From Octopus vulgaris (taxonomy: Eukaryota): 64,000 nucleotides of DNA. The notes below the pieces were generated by a model. The model was not told the DNA's origin, searched no databases, and saw only the letters and a list, made by a program, of their open reading frames with translations. Position 1 is the stretch's first letter, and each line of letters begins with the position of its first letter. Of the stretch, positions 13,866 to 28,539 are shown one piece after another. A program made the position numbers and the translations under genes. The DNA lies in the NCBI GenBank assembly GCA_951406725.2, contig OX597818.1, positions 133,176,001 through 133,240,000 on the forward strand. Direction: 5' to 3'.

Positions 13866-14855
13866 AATTCTAGTCCTTTCTTTCAAAGACTAGGCCTATT
13901 CTCTTTCTTATAAGGTCATTTCATTTGTACAAGAAAATAACTATTTTTCAGCTTGTAACAAATGAAAGAGATCAAAGTAAATTGACTTTAAAATATCTTT
14001 ACAACTCATGACACAATATTATGAGGCAATGAAATTGGATTTTATGCTACAAATGTCAGCCAAATGAGTTACTCACAAAGTCTAAAACACAAATAGTATC
14101 CAAATAATACAAAAATATTTATAAATCCCTCACATTCATGAGTAATAATCTTAACAGTCTTTGGTTACTAAGACTACTAAGACTACAATTTTTTGATATT
14201 AATAATGAATATTTTCATTTCGTAAATGATGCAACTTAAGAAAATAATTGCTAGACTGGGCATTTCTAATTTGTGGACCAAAGTAGGTTTACTAATGTTC
14301 ATGGTCTCTTTCAACTCTTGACACCTAAGTATCTTTCACAAATGCTAAAAATTTTACGATTTATGATTTGATGAAGAAGAAGACTGTAACTTCATAGCAA
14401 TGCTTCTTTCACATATTCGCAACATAAACTAAAATTGACTGATCAGTTAGAAAAGAATATGACATTGAAGTAGATCATTGGCCACTGGTATAAAACCAGT
14501 ATGTGTTATGACTAACATGGCATAACATGCACTAAAGTCATTGATAAAAGGAAAATATTCTCTTTAGAAGGTTCATATAAATGCAAACACCAACACTGCA
14601 CAAAAACAAAGTACAGTAATGTCACTATCTTCATACAGTCATTTTTGTTTTTTATTTGATTCCACTTGGAGGACATAAAAATTACGGCAAAATCTTAAAA
14701 GAATCAGTTTATCAAGGCATAATGTGTATTGGCATCCTATTCCTCTGACTAAGACCATAAAAAGTTTAGGTCTCCACTATCCAATGTACTTTTCTCTGAA
14801 AAGTGGAAATGTGAAGTTTTACATCACATGAGATTGAAATGATAGATATACAATC

Positions 14856-15210
14856 GGAAGCACTCCGTCGGTTACGACGGCGAGGGTTCCGGTTGATCCG
14901 ATCAACGGAACAGCCTGCTCGTGAAATTAACGTGTAAGTGGCTGAGCACTCCACAGACACGTGTACCCTTAACGGAGAGTGACAAGGCCGGCCCTTTGAA
15001 ATACAGGTACAACAGAAACAGGAAGTAAGAGTGAGAGAAAGTTGTGGTGAAACAGTACAACAGGGGTCACCACCATCCCCTGCCGGAGCCTCGTGGAGCT
15101 TTTAGGTGTTTTCGCTCAATAAACACTCACAACGCCCGGTCTGGGAATCGAAACCACGATCCTACGACCGCGAGTCCGCTGCCCTAACCACTGGGCCATT
15201 GCACCTCCAC
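14856..15210 (-). mobile_element. SINE family C
   Basis: Homologous to the 40824 copy; TSD atatacaat. Confidence 0.88.
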
Positions 15211-16742
15211 ATATACAATACACACAAACACACACAAATACATATAGATATCAGAATGGCTATAGAGCAGACTTATCAAAGTGATTCTATATGACCTCAA
15301 GCACTTCCAGAGGATCCTCTATGCACAGTCAGAAGATTTGGAACAGAGGCCAGACTAAATCCAGCTCTTATTCTTAAACACCCAGGTGGAGGGTTTAGGC
15401 ATAAGGCCAACAAATCCTCCTCTTAAAAAATATATTTGTTATGGAAACTTTGAGGATGAAAAAAATATTCAGACTCTATAGAGGACTTAAACCAAACAAT
15501 AAGCAGACTGACAATCTCTAACAAAAACTTCATGGAGGAGGTTAGAAATATGGAAGATAGTCTACTCAACTTTGAAATTACCATTTATTACTACAATGGT
15601 AAATACTTGTCATTTCTCTATACTTTTGTTGCCCAGTAGAACTTTTATTCTGCTTAGCACCCAGAACTACACTAATCAAAGACATTCCATGTGTGACCAT
15701 CTTTTCATTTTAGCCTCAAACTACAAAATATAAATTAAATTATTTAATCTATTTTTTAAACTTTTTTTCAAACATGTATGATGAAATAATATAATCTAAA
15801 TAATTTTATTTTTGTTGTTTAGCTCCAAATTAGTTCTTATTGAATAGATGTGATCAAAAACATTTCAGCCTTTACCACTCTGTCTGTTTGTACCCCAGTA
15901 TACAATATTCAAGTGTGTCTTTCATTTTGCTTTAAGATGATAGGCTGTAATTTGACAGATCTGGTGAGTACTTATGTAGAGTTACCCTTGGTTTCAGAAA
16001 TCTTGGTTTGTTTGGGCATTTGTATCATCCTCTCAGCTTCAGGAAAATAAACCGATGGTGAGTTGAGTTAATCATCTCCCAACAGCTATGTAGTAGTGCA
16101 TGAAATATATAAATGTTTCTAAATAGAATTGGCCTAATATATGTGGTAAGATGCTAACTCACAATCATAGCACACTCATACACATAGACATGTGGATGTG
16201 TATAAAACAAAATTATGACATTATATAAGATCTGAAACAGCTATTACAGCTAAATAATATAATTCTATATAAGTAGAGATTACATGCCATGCTATTCAAA
16301 ATTTTTTTTTATGACTTATAAAGACAATACTCTTTTTCATGGAGAAAAGTATACAAAAATATATCTAGGTATATTTGTTCAAGTCAACCAAGTAAATATA
16401 TATCACACTTTCATTTTCAAAGAGAAGCAGTTAGGGTACAAAAAGGGATCTAACTGTAAAACAATTCAGGCTTAAATAATTCAAGCAGACATATATACAT
16501 TCACAACTACATTAAGAGTAATGTGGATACGAATATAGGTTAAGTTAAAACTAACCATTAATAAACAAATACAATTCTGCAGAGGGAAATGAAATTCTGA
16601 TAACAATATGTATGAAGATGCCCTATCAAGCACAAAACTGAATGCAAGCAAATTTTCAAAGTGCATCCAAAATGACTACAAATGCAACAACTAAATAAGA
16701 ATTTAAACGTTTGATAGTATTTAATTTCCCTACTGTTATATT

Positions 16743-17212
16743 GGCTCAGTGGTTAGAGCGTCGAGCTTACGATCGTGAGGTTGTGAGCTCGAATCCCGGA
16801 CCGGCCTGCGTGTTGTGTTCTTGAGCAAGGCACTTTATTTCACGTTGCTCCAGTTCACTCAGCTGTAGGTGAAGGCGCATGGCTCAGTGGTTAGAGCGTC
16901 GAGCTTATGATCGTGAGGTTGTGAGCTTGAATCCCGGACTGGGCTGCATGTTGTGTTCTTGAGCAAGGCACTTTATTTCACGTTGCTCCAGTTCACTCAT
17001 CTGTAGAAATGAGTTGCGACGTCACTGGTGCCAAGCTCTATCGACCTTTGTCTTTCCCTTGGATAACACTGGTGGCGTAGAGAGAGGAGGCCAGTATGCG
17101 TGGGCGACTGCTGGTCTTCCATAAAACAACCTTGCCCAGACTTGTGTCTAGGAGGGTAACTTTCTAGGTGCAAACTCATGGTCACTCATGACCGAAGGGG
17201 GTCTTTACCCTT
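16743..17212 (+). mobile_element. SINE family D with duplicated head plus CORE
   Basis: cttgagcaaggcactttatttcacgttgctccagttcactca occurs twice; TSD tactgttatatt. Confidence 0.88.
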
Positions 17213-17268
17213 TACTGTTATATTAAGAGTTCAAACCTTGCTAAGGTCAATTTTGTGGTGTATATTTC

Positions 17269-17367
17269 ATGGCCAATCTGAAGGAAGCGGTCCAGGATAG
17301 AACTGACTGGAGGACACTGATCCAACGAGTGACCAAGAGTCGACTTCGACTGAGCGGATAGAGAGAG
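17269..17367 (+). mobile_element. RTE/BovB-like LINE extreme 3' end
   Basis: ANLKEAVQDRTDWRTLIQRVTKSRLRLSG* followed by (GA)n. Confidence 0.75.
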
Positions 17368-17744
17368 ATTTCAAGATCAGGAAAGTTACTACCAGATGTA
17401 CCAGGGTTGATATAACTGCAAATACCCGCCTCCAGTGAAATGAGTAAGTTGAACCAATATGAAAAATATATCACTCTGCAGAACTAATAGAATGACAAAG
17501 AAGCTTTGCAGCATTTCATTACATTGATTTTACTTTCTTAAGTAAAAACTTACTGAGTTCATCTTAACTCCTTATATTTCCAGATGTCATTATATACAAT
17601 AATATATCAGTACCAGTCGGATACTACAAGCATTTAAGCCAACGGTACTCTTAAACTGTGCAGGATATCATTGCTCTGGTACCCTACACAGTTTAAGGGT
17701 ACCAATATTAGAAGTCATTGTTATTGTTACAACTATTAAGGCAG

Positions 17745-18225
17745 CAAGCACATCAGATGAAATGCATAGCAGTGTTTCTTCTGACCCACTACATTCTGAG
17801 TTCAAATGTCATTGAGGTCGACTTTACTTTTCATCCTTCAGAGGTCAATAAAATAAGTACCATTTGAACACTAGGGGCGGATGTAAGTGACTAGCCCAGT
17901 TCCCCAAAATTTCAGGCCTTGTGCCCATAGTAGAATTATCACTACTGTTATAATATTAACCTCCCTCCCATTCAAAATTGCTGGCTATATTCCAACTTAG
18001 AAATCAAAAAGGTGGGTAGATTGACAGAATTGTTAGTGTCAGTTAAGATGTCTTGGAGTATTTATTCCAGTTTTGTACACTCCAGGTTCAAATTTCTCCA
18101 AAGTTAACTTAGCTTTTTATCCATTAGGGAGCAATAAAATAAAGTACCAGTCAAATAAGAAGGTCAATTTAACCAACTAACCTCCAACCACCATATCTCA
18201 GGATTTGTTCCTAACTTTAAAACAA
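17745..18225 (+). mobile_element. Two diverged tandem SINE B-type copies
   Basis: gagttcaaat...gaggtcgacttt.cttttcatcc motifs occur twice. Confidence 0.65.
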
Positions 18226-20117
18226 TTATTATTATAATCATCATAATCATCATAATCATCATGATCATCATCACCACCACCACCACCACCGTCATTGTCA
18301 TTATTAATATTATTATTGGCACTGTTACAACATGGAAGATTGGGTCTTTTGAATCATTAATGTGACATTTTTGGCAATAACAACTATTAATTCCTTTTAG
18401 AATGTCATTTAACTGATGTTAGGTCTTTAAGGGTAAAAAATAAAACCCCAGAATGTTCTGGGTTTCCATTTTCTTTTTAGAGAGTGGGGAAGAGAACATG
18501 CTGGAAGATGGATGGATATTGCATAACCAGTAAGAGATCTCAGGGGTTAAAAACAGAATATTCTTGAGTTGCTATTTTATTCTATTAATTTTTAAGGGCA
18601 GGGGCTAGGAGATGCTGTAAGATGGAATTGCTTTGCAAGCAAAATATGTCAACAGTCTAAATCAACCAATCAATTTTATTTGAAAGCTGAAATATCACTT
18701 TAGCCAACAGTTTTGGTGATATGAGATAGCATTCATTTGTAATTCCATAAAATAAAAAAATATAATATACTAATTCAAGCCAATAACATTAGAGTTTAGA
18801 ATAAAAGAAAATTACTTGAATCTAAATGGGAACTCTGCCTGTTGTTATTAAAATGTAACTAAAATGTTTTAATAGACTTTAGTGCCCTAACTTGAAATTT
18901 GTAGCAAGTGAGAGGCTCCTGAGTGGATCTAAGAATGTGTAAAAATTTAATCAGTATAAATGCAAAACAGAAAACAAATTGTGGTGGACTGCATCCAATT
19001 TAACCGTTGATTAAGGCTTAGAACATCAAAGGTCATTCATCTTGTTTGGTTTTATTTAGATAAATGATAAAATTAAAAGAATAAGGAAGTTCTCTTTGAG
19101 AAATTGATATTACATTAAAAAAAAAAAATAAACAATAGTTTTGAAATGCAACCACTTTTGATTATCAAGAAATAAAATGAGAGACAACCAATTTGAATTA
19201 TATACATCTGAATAATGAATTATTATTACACTTTAATCTTCATTTGTAAAGGTAAACAACAACAAAAATGAAGACAAAAAGAAAATTTAAGCAATAAATT
19301 TAAGTGACTAAATGTCCATTTAGCTTACTAAGAGAAATTATCCCTTCAGAAAAAAATCCTTTCGGAAAACTACCCCTTCAGAGAAAAAAAAATTAACAGA
19401 AAACACATAGAAGCACACATGTGCACAATGTACATGCACAAACATACACATGCACATAGAGAAAAATTCCTACAGAGAAGACCTTGTTACAGCCAGTATA
19501 GTTATTGCAATGAATACCAACCTCTGACAAGACAATAAGCAGTTGCACTTCTCATTTTCTGCATGTTCTGTCATTCTTCATTTCATTTCGTTATTTCACC
19601 TTTTGTGTTGTGCACCTCTATTTCTTCCTTTATTTTTTTTTCTCTCACTCTTTGTCACCATGTTCATCGATGCATCAAGTGTTGCAAAAATGAGCAACAA
19701 ACTAAAATGTGTTTTTAAAATGTTCACTGACCTCTAGGAAAGCATTGGTAGCTGTGCAGCAAGATACAGTTGGTAGAACACACACAATTTTCAAAACTTC
19801 TTTTTAAAACTTCACCAAATGTAAAATTAACCCTTTTAATAATGGAAGAGATGTGCAACAATAAAATACTGTGTTGCCAGCATTTTAAACCGAGAGATTT
19901 ATTTATATTCTTTATTTTTGGATTAACAATATTTTTACATTAATTTCTAAAATTTATTTATTTATTTTTAGTTTTATTAAGTCAAAGCATTCTCTGCTTG
20001 AAAATCTCAATATTCAATGTGGACTGATTTAATGTTCCTTATGCAACCACTTCAGTTTCAATCAGCTTCTTACAAGTTATATAATATATATATGCATACA
20101 TAAATAATAATATAATA

Positions 20118-20276
<159 letters not shown>

Positions 20277-20918
20277 TATTATATTGTATTATATATAATA
20301 GCTATATCATATTTTCTGTGTTTACATCTGTTCAATGGCATTTACTGTTATCTTTAGAAATTTGTATTTTTTCCCCCCTTAAACTATTTATTCTTTTTCT
20401 TTCTCCCTACATATGTACAAATCACAATACTTAGAATATATAACTCTTGACATGCTCTCACATGCTCATCGATGCAAATATAACTGTATACATGCATATT
20501 TTTGACAATTTTGTGATCTGCCTGTCTGTCTGTCAGCCTGCTTGCCTGCCTGCCTGCCTGCCCGCCTGACTGACAAAATAGATCATTTTTCAAGAACAAC
20601 GTTTATATAACCAGAGATGTGAAATAAAAGCAGGATGTGTATATATAAAAGATAAGTGCCTAGAAACATGTCTCATCTGGAATGAGTGCTTTGGAATCAT
20701 TTAACAACAAGAAACTTCAGATATGAATTAAGTCATGCAGACATGAATGGAATAAAAGAGAATCAGTCAAGCAGATTATATATACGTGTGTGTTTGTGTG
20801 TGCATGTTACATATAAGTATATGTATAGTATGTATAGATATTATATTTTATATATACTATATATCATATATATATATATATATGTATGCATGTATATATA
20901 TATATGTATATATATATG

Positions 20919-20952
<34 letters not shown>

Positions 20953-21184
20953 ACATACATGAATATATTTTTGATATATGTATATATGTAGATATATAAT
21001 ATATTTGTGCATATGTGTGTGTGTGTGTGTGTGTATCTATATATATATGTATATATATTACATACATGAATATATTTTTGATATATGTATATATGTAGAT
21101 ATATAATATATTTGTGTATATGTGTGTGTGTGTATCTATTTATATATATATGTATGCATAAGTTCATGTGCATATATATGTAAG

Positions 21185-21217
<33 letters not shown>

Positions 21218-21704
21218 TACATACATACGGCCATGCACATATGAGAGATGCATGTGTATCTACATGTTCACTGCATAAGCATGAAACTTATGTGTGCAAA
21301 GTTATTTAATCTCATACATATTCCTAAGTGTAACATTACATTTTGTGAATATGTATTTATGCATCTATATGCATTTAATAAACAATAGCATAAGAATTGT
21401 AATAACAAAAGAAAAAAAAAAGAGACACAAACAAAAGCAGAAACCAAAGAGAAGGAAAGACAACAGGACTAAACAGCATCAAAGGAAAATCCTGCACCTA
21501 GATCCAAAAGCCAGCAATATGACATAACAAATTGCTGGTGTATATAGTCTCCATATATTATTAAGTTGCCTGTTACTAGATACCGGCTGATTGACGGAGC
21601 TATCTCAGTTATAGCAATAATATGCTATCAATGCCATGCTCTGATGACCAATGTTATCTACACCTAATCCTATATATATTGATTGTGCCGACCGAGCAGC
21701 AAAC

Positions 21705-21737
21705 CTCTTTCAGTTTTGCTGCCATTTTGGTTTTTAT
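21705..21737 (-). CDS. Candidate 33-nt phase 0-0 microexon (IKTKMAAKLKE), or first exon starting MAAKLKE
   Basis: cctttctgacag|ATAAAAACCAAAATGGCAGCAAAACTGAAAGAG|gtttgc, inside an unusually repeat-free island (about 21520-21900). Confidence 0.35.
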
Positions 21738-22729
21738 CTGTCAGAAAGGATTATATGCTCACTAGTATCGGGTCCCCTGCTGACAGTATTATAGAACAGA
21801 AGGTTCTATTTCCAGGGAAGCTTTTCTGAAGGGAGTGACAGGGTAGTAATAGCATTTGTGAGAAGTACAAAGTGATCCAGCAATATAGACTTTTAATAGT
21901 GAGTTTCATATTCTCACTTTGTTATATCCAGATCAAATTCAATAATAAATAAATAATATCTGAATTGAATAGAAAACAAATTCAAAATTTGATATATTCA
22001 TAAATGCATGGAAATATATCTTTAAGATATCTGCATACATATATACATAGAGAAATATACAAGTATGTACATAAATAGTAATATCTATCAATTTTCACGT
22101 ATCTGAAACAAATATAATCTAATGCAATATGTACAATATTTCATACAAGAAAACTAATTTACAATTTTTGTAACTTAATTATCTCCATAGTAATTGTGAA
22201 TAAAAGAATTTTCTAAGTAGAAGATTCCAATCAGAATTTTCTACTCACAAAAGAGTGAAGTTAAATATATTGGATAAGTTACATTTTCCCTTGAATCCCT
22301 TATTTTAAAAGGGAACTGTCATATATAATAATTAAACATCATTGGCAGCTATATAATCTCTTGATTAAGGAAATACAAATTCAAGTATACATATATGCAA
22401 CTGCTATTGAAGCACTGAAACTTGACTTTTTAGACTGCTCTGAACAGAATGAGAGACTTCATCACATATATGCCTAATTGTAACACACTGAAGGCATTCA
22501 CTGTGTCAAAATTAATTTGTTTGGATTCATATCTTGTCAGGTTATTCACGAAAATAAATGAAAAAGTAAACAAAACAACACCTGCATTGAAAAGTATTGT
22601 ACATTTTGTGTTTCTGTGAGGGGAAAAGATTCCACAATAATAATCCCCTTCTCATGAGGTATATAAAAGTCTGACCTTAGAACTACTCAACTGCAATATA
22701 TGAGTTACTATCATAAATATTATAATAAT

Positions 22730-23222
22730 AGGCGTAGGAGTGGCTGTGTGGTAAATAGCTTGTTTACAAACCACATGGTTCCGGGTTCAGTCCCACTGCA
22801 TGGCACCTTGGGCAAGTGTCTTCTACTATAGCCTCGGGTCAACCAAAGCCTTGTGAGTGGATTTGGTAGATGGAAACTGAAAGAAGCCCGTTGTATATAT
22901 GTATATATATACATATATCGGTCTCTTTTTGCCAAACCGCTAAGTTATGGCAACATAAACACACCAGCATATATATGTATATATATACATATATGTGTGT
23001 GTATATGTTTGTGTGTCTGTGTTTGTCCCCCCCCCAACATTGCTTGACAACTGATGCTGGTGTGTTTATGTTGCCATAACTTAGCGGTTTGGCAAAAAGA
23101 GACCAATAGAATAAGTACTACGCTTACAAAGAATAAGTCCTGGGGTCGATTTGCTCGACTAAAGGTGGTGCTCCAGCATGGCCATAGTCAAATGACTGAA
23201 ACAAGTAAAAGAGTAAAAGAGA
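22730..23222 (+). mobile_element. SINE family A with an internal inverted duplication
   Basis: Aligns with the 7515 copy; carries an extra segment at 22917-22970. Confidence 0.88.
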
Positions 23223-24182
23223 ATTGTTATACTTAGGTATTTCCCTCATCTTTTGCTACAGCCTCCTATTCATCCTAGCCATGCTGTTCACATATTGTTC
23301 ACATAACCACCTTGTTTATTTTCAGATTCTCTTTTTAAGAATGACCAACTTCTGCACAGTTTCTCTTGCACTTCTTGTTTGATTAAATATGAGGTCAGCC
23401 TTAATTGAAAAGAAAACTGAAGTTGTGGAAATCAATCTCAATACATCACTGATATTTATTTCCTTCTTTTTCAAGTAGCTACAGTTGAGATGCATTTCAC
23501 CATGCTGTACAAAGAATCCTTCTGGCTTTCATTAGCTTTGGTAGGTTCTCAGTTTCTGTTATGTCGCCCGTTCGGATGACCGCTACTCAACTCGACTCTA
23601 TTCTGCTGCCTTCTACTACTCTCTACTCAGCTGTTCTTGATGTCTAGGCTTCTCCCTCTATATTTACATATTGGGCTAGCCCACTTCATCGTCTGGGGGT
23701 GTCCACACAACAGTTTCACAGTGTGTGTCTCAGTCAATAGCATCAGTTTAGTTGAATAGCCTTTGTTTTCCATTAAGGTGCAGAAGTTTCCAGAATATAG
23801 TATCCAACATGGACTGGTGTTCAGTACAATACAAATGGTCAGTAAAGCCAACACTATGCTGAGCAATAGGAGCAGAGAATGGGGAAAATGCATCCATAAA
23901 CCTCCTCTTTGGTCTTCAGCTCAAATTAGGTGTTTTGAGTTCTCTTCAAAAGCCATCAAAGTAATCTGCAGATCAACCCCATGATAAAATGAAAGCACTC
24001 AAAATAAAAGATCACCGAGACATGTAAAGAGCACAGTTCATTACAGCAGCAAGAGCCAACACACACTTAATGCCACTATATGTTAAATCTCCTTCAAATA
24101 CTCGGGCATATCAAGCAACACATCAGAATGGAACCATAATGCCATACCAACAGGATCATAAATGAAACTAGATATATATCTT

Positions 24183-24545
24183 TTATCTTCTACTTGTTTC
24201 AGTCATTAAACTGAGGTCATGCTGGGGCACTGCTTTGAAGAATTTTTAGATGAATGAATGGACCCCAATACTATTTTTTTTAAGCCTGGCACTTTTCTGT
24301 TAATCTCTTTTGCTGCTCTGCTAAGTTATGGGTGTCATAAACACACCAACACTAGTGGTGGGGGACAAACACAAAGACACACACACACATATATGACGGT
24401 CACTGTCTACCAAATCCACTCACAAGGCTTTGGTCAGTCTGAGGTTTATAGTAGAAGACACTTACCTAAGGTGCCACACAGTGGGACTGAACCTGGAACC
24501 ATGTGGTTGGGAAGCAAGCTTCTTACCACACAGCCACACTTGCAT
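24183..24545 (-). mobile_element. SINE family A, diverged
   Basis: Homology to head and tail. Confidence 0.75.
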
Positions 24546-25019
24546 CTGTGTGGATGTGCGTGTGCATGTTAAAACAGCCACACAAGTTTTAAATACTGTA
24601 TTGGGCTTACACTAATAAAAAAACAAGAACACGGTAAATCAGTGATGCTGGATCTGTAGACCACTTCCAATTAGTTGCTATAGGTGTTGTTGTTGTTGTT
24701 GATGATGATGATGATGATGACCAAGACTGTGTGATGGTGACACCAACAAGTGAAAACATGTCAACAAACTTATGTAGGAAATAGCATTCACCCTCAAGTT
24801 CTTCCCTTTACACATGTTAAAATGTTAAAAAAACAAAAAAAACTAGAATGAAATGAAATAGCCCACAGATGTAATTATCGCACTGTGCAGAAGTTTACAA
24901 TCATTGATTTAGACAATATAACTTGTATCAGAATTGTGGAAATATATTGCTGATAGCATTGGTTCTTCAGTCAAAATTATTGCCAGTGCATCTCAGTGAA
25001 TTATAACAATGTATGTGTC

Positions 25020-25058
<39 letters not shown>

Positions 25059-25069
25059 TGGGGGGGGGA

Positions 25070-25650
<581 letters not shown>

Positions 25651-26417
25651 AACAAGAAAAAATAATGACTGATATATAGCAAGAAAAATTGTGTGTATGT
25701 GAGAGAGACAGGCAGACAAACAGAAATAGAATGTATGTGTATGTGAGAGAGTGAGAGAGAGAGAGAGAGGGGGGAGAGAGAGATAATGTGTATAAAAAAA
25801 GAGAGAGATATAATGTGTATGAAAAAGAAAGAGAGAGAGGGGGGAGAGAGAAATAATGTGTATAAAAAAAGAGAGAGATATAATGTGTATGAAAAAGAGA
25901 GAGATAGAGAGAGAAAGAGATGGAGAGAGAAAGAGATGGAGAGAGGAAGTGAGAGAGAGGGAAAGAAATAGAGTATGCATCAAAGAAATATATAAAGAAG
26001 AACATAGTGTAAGAGCAGAAGAGAAGGAAAAATCAGTGAGAAATATGTATATTAAACGTATGTGAGAAAGATATAAAAAACGAATGAGAGGAACACAAAA
26101 AAAAGAGTATATACGTGCTTGTATGTGTGTGTGTACATGTAAGTCATATGCATGTTGTATGTATGTGTGAGTGTGTTTGCAGCTTCATAGATTCTCTATA
26201 AATCTGTCTATAGTTACCAGAAAAAGACAAAAAAAAGAATAGTATTACCTAAGAGCTGTATAACAAAACCTCACTAATGCAATCACAATGGGATTGACTA
26301 CAAGATATTACATGTAACCACTTGCTTGATAGATGCATATTAAAAAACGTGGCTTTTATATGGGGAAACCAAAATTTGTTTGAGGAGGAAAAAAAGCACA
26401 AAGATATTAACAAGAAA

Positions 26418-26930
26418 TCTATATATATAAAACTGTAGTTGTGTGAGTGTCTGTCCCCTTCGATTTAGATTCCTAACTACTCCCACATTTTGCGGTGCAG
26501 TTTAACCAAATTCGGGTATCTTATAGTCGTGATTCATATCGAGCCCGTCTGAGTATTAGCGCACGTCTACGATGAGTCTACGATTTTAAAAAATAATTTA
26601 ACATCATTTTTTATTCCATTTTAATGCATAATTTTTCGTGTGTCGATGGCGGCGGAGTTGGCGTCCATGGTCACACCTGCACCTGTTTGCTTCTCCCCTT
26701 CTTCCCTCCCTCGTGAAGCTGTGGGGAAGGGAGTGTAAGGAAATCAACGTCGTAAAGCGTTGTCAAGGAGACCAGCGTTCTTTTAGAACAACGACTTCAT
26801 GGCTTGAAGACACCAAAACAGAAATGGCTAAGAAAGCCCGAATTGGCATCTATAAGGGAAGAAACTCTCTAAAAATGCTTATATAGTTATTTCCCTTACA
26901 AACCCGAGCAACGCCGGGCGATACTGCTAG
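26418..26930 (+). mobile_element. Non-autonomous Helitron (513 bp)
   Basis: A|TC...cccgagcaacgccggg hairpin...CTAG|T, no TSD. Near-identical copy at 57925-58437. Confidence 0.88.
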
Positions 26931-27346
26931 TAGAACATACAAAAGAAAATCTAAAATTCAAGAAAATATGTGTGTGTGTATGTATAAGTTGTTGCCACTT
27001 TGTCCCAGATCACCCCTAAGTGAGCATATCTATCACAAAAGCATTCCAACCATAGCCATCATTTTTTTTCATGGTATACTTGGAGTACATTTTTCAGTGT
27101 GTTCTTCCATTTTTAAATAGATAGCAGAATGTGATTTGAAGGAGATTTTGTCATTATTTCTAGCAGACTGATAAAGACACAAAGTTTCGTTTCTCCTATG
27201 GCTTGTACTAAAGGTGTCTATGTGTATATATGTGGTGGAAATTGATACTTAAATAATTAAAGGACACTAGTTTTAGTCAATCATAATTAAACACAATTAT
27301 ACTTAAACACATACACACACACATGTGTGTGTGTGAGAGAGAGATC

Positions 27347-27740
27347 ATAATGATGATGATCATCATCATCATGATCATGATGATGATCATCATCGTTTAA
27401 CGTCCGTTTTTCATGCTGGCATGGGTTGGACGGTTTGACTGGGGAACTGGCAAACCAGAAGGCTACACCAGGCTCCAATCTGATCTGGCAAGGTTTCTAC
27501 AGCTGGATGGCCTTCCTAATGCCAACTACTCCGAGAGTGTAGTGGGTGCTTTTTACGTGCCACCAGCACGGGGAGCCAGTCAGGTGGCACTGGCATCGGC
27601 CGCAACTACAGTTTCCATTTTGATTTCGATTTGATTGAGATTCTGATTGTGATTGTGATTTTGATTTTACTTGAGTCAATAGTCTCCTCAAATATGGCAT
27701 GTGGCCCAATGATTCAAAGATACTTTTTCAATGGGCTGAT
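27347..27740 (-). mobile_element. Retroposon 3' region family E
   Basis: Reverse complement of 1285-1634. Confidence 0.75.
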
Positions 27741-28355
27741 TATGCAATGTATATATATAATATTAAGACATAAACCTTCAGGTTAAGTAACCAGTCCAGA
27801 GCTGATATCATTTTCTGTGGCACATATGCAACTGAAAATACAATACTCTCTTCTACCTGAGATGCTGGTCCATCACAAGGTTAATTCCAAAATATCACTG
27901 GTATGCATCTTCATTTGCATGAGCTGGTGCATTGTGAAGCAAAGTATTTTACAAGAGCACAATGAGAACCAGATGTAACAGGTATAAAGGATATAATTTA
28001 TTAATACTATACTTTGAGAAATAGAAGTGTCTTAATATTTTGGACATAAGCCCTTCATCAAAAATAACATGAGAAAAGAAAAATTAGAAAAAATTGTAAA
28101 TATGAGAAATATATATTTTTTTTTGTGGGGGGTGGTACTGTATATATATGTGTGTGTGTGTGTGCTACATATGTGTGTGTATGTGTATGAAGTTATATGC
28201 TCTAGTGGCTTGAGTTACAATTGTGTGTGTGTGTATATATCACCATCATCGCCATTTAAAGTTCATTTTCCATGCTGGTATGGGTTCTATGGTTGGATGT
28301 GCTCCCTAACACCAAACACTTTGCAGAGTGTACTGGATGCTTTTTACATGGCATC

Positions 28356-28427
<72 letters not shown>

Positions 28428-28539
28428 ACATACACACACACACACACACACATACACATACACACACATATTAAGGTACATGAATTTGAATATATCTCAA
28501 TGTATAGTGGGTGCAAGTCAAGAAAGCAAACATAAATAA

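Noticed and set aside
16743-16805. tRNA-like sequences at SINE heads
   Set aside because: They continue into SINE bodies with TSDs and lack a complete cloverleaf.
23290-24170. Moderately GC-rich stretch with short ORFs
   Set aside because: No recognisable motifs or convincing splice pairs; possibly an old transposon.
26638-26886. ORF repeated at 58130-58393
   Set aside because: Lies inside two recent Helitron copies; the N-termini differ by a frameshift and no domain is recognisable.
28025-28062. ttgatgaagggcttatgtccaaaa hammerhead-like motif on the minus strand
   Set aside because: The core is decayed, there is no NUH and no stem I pairing.
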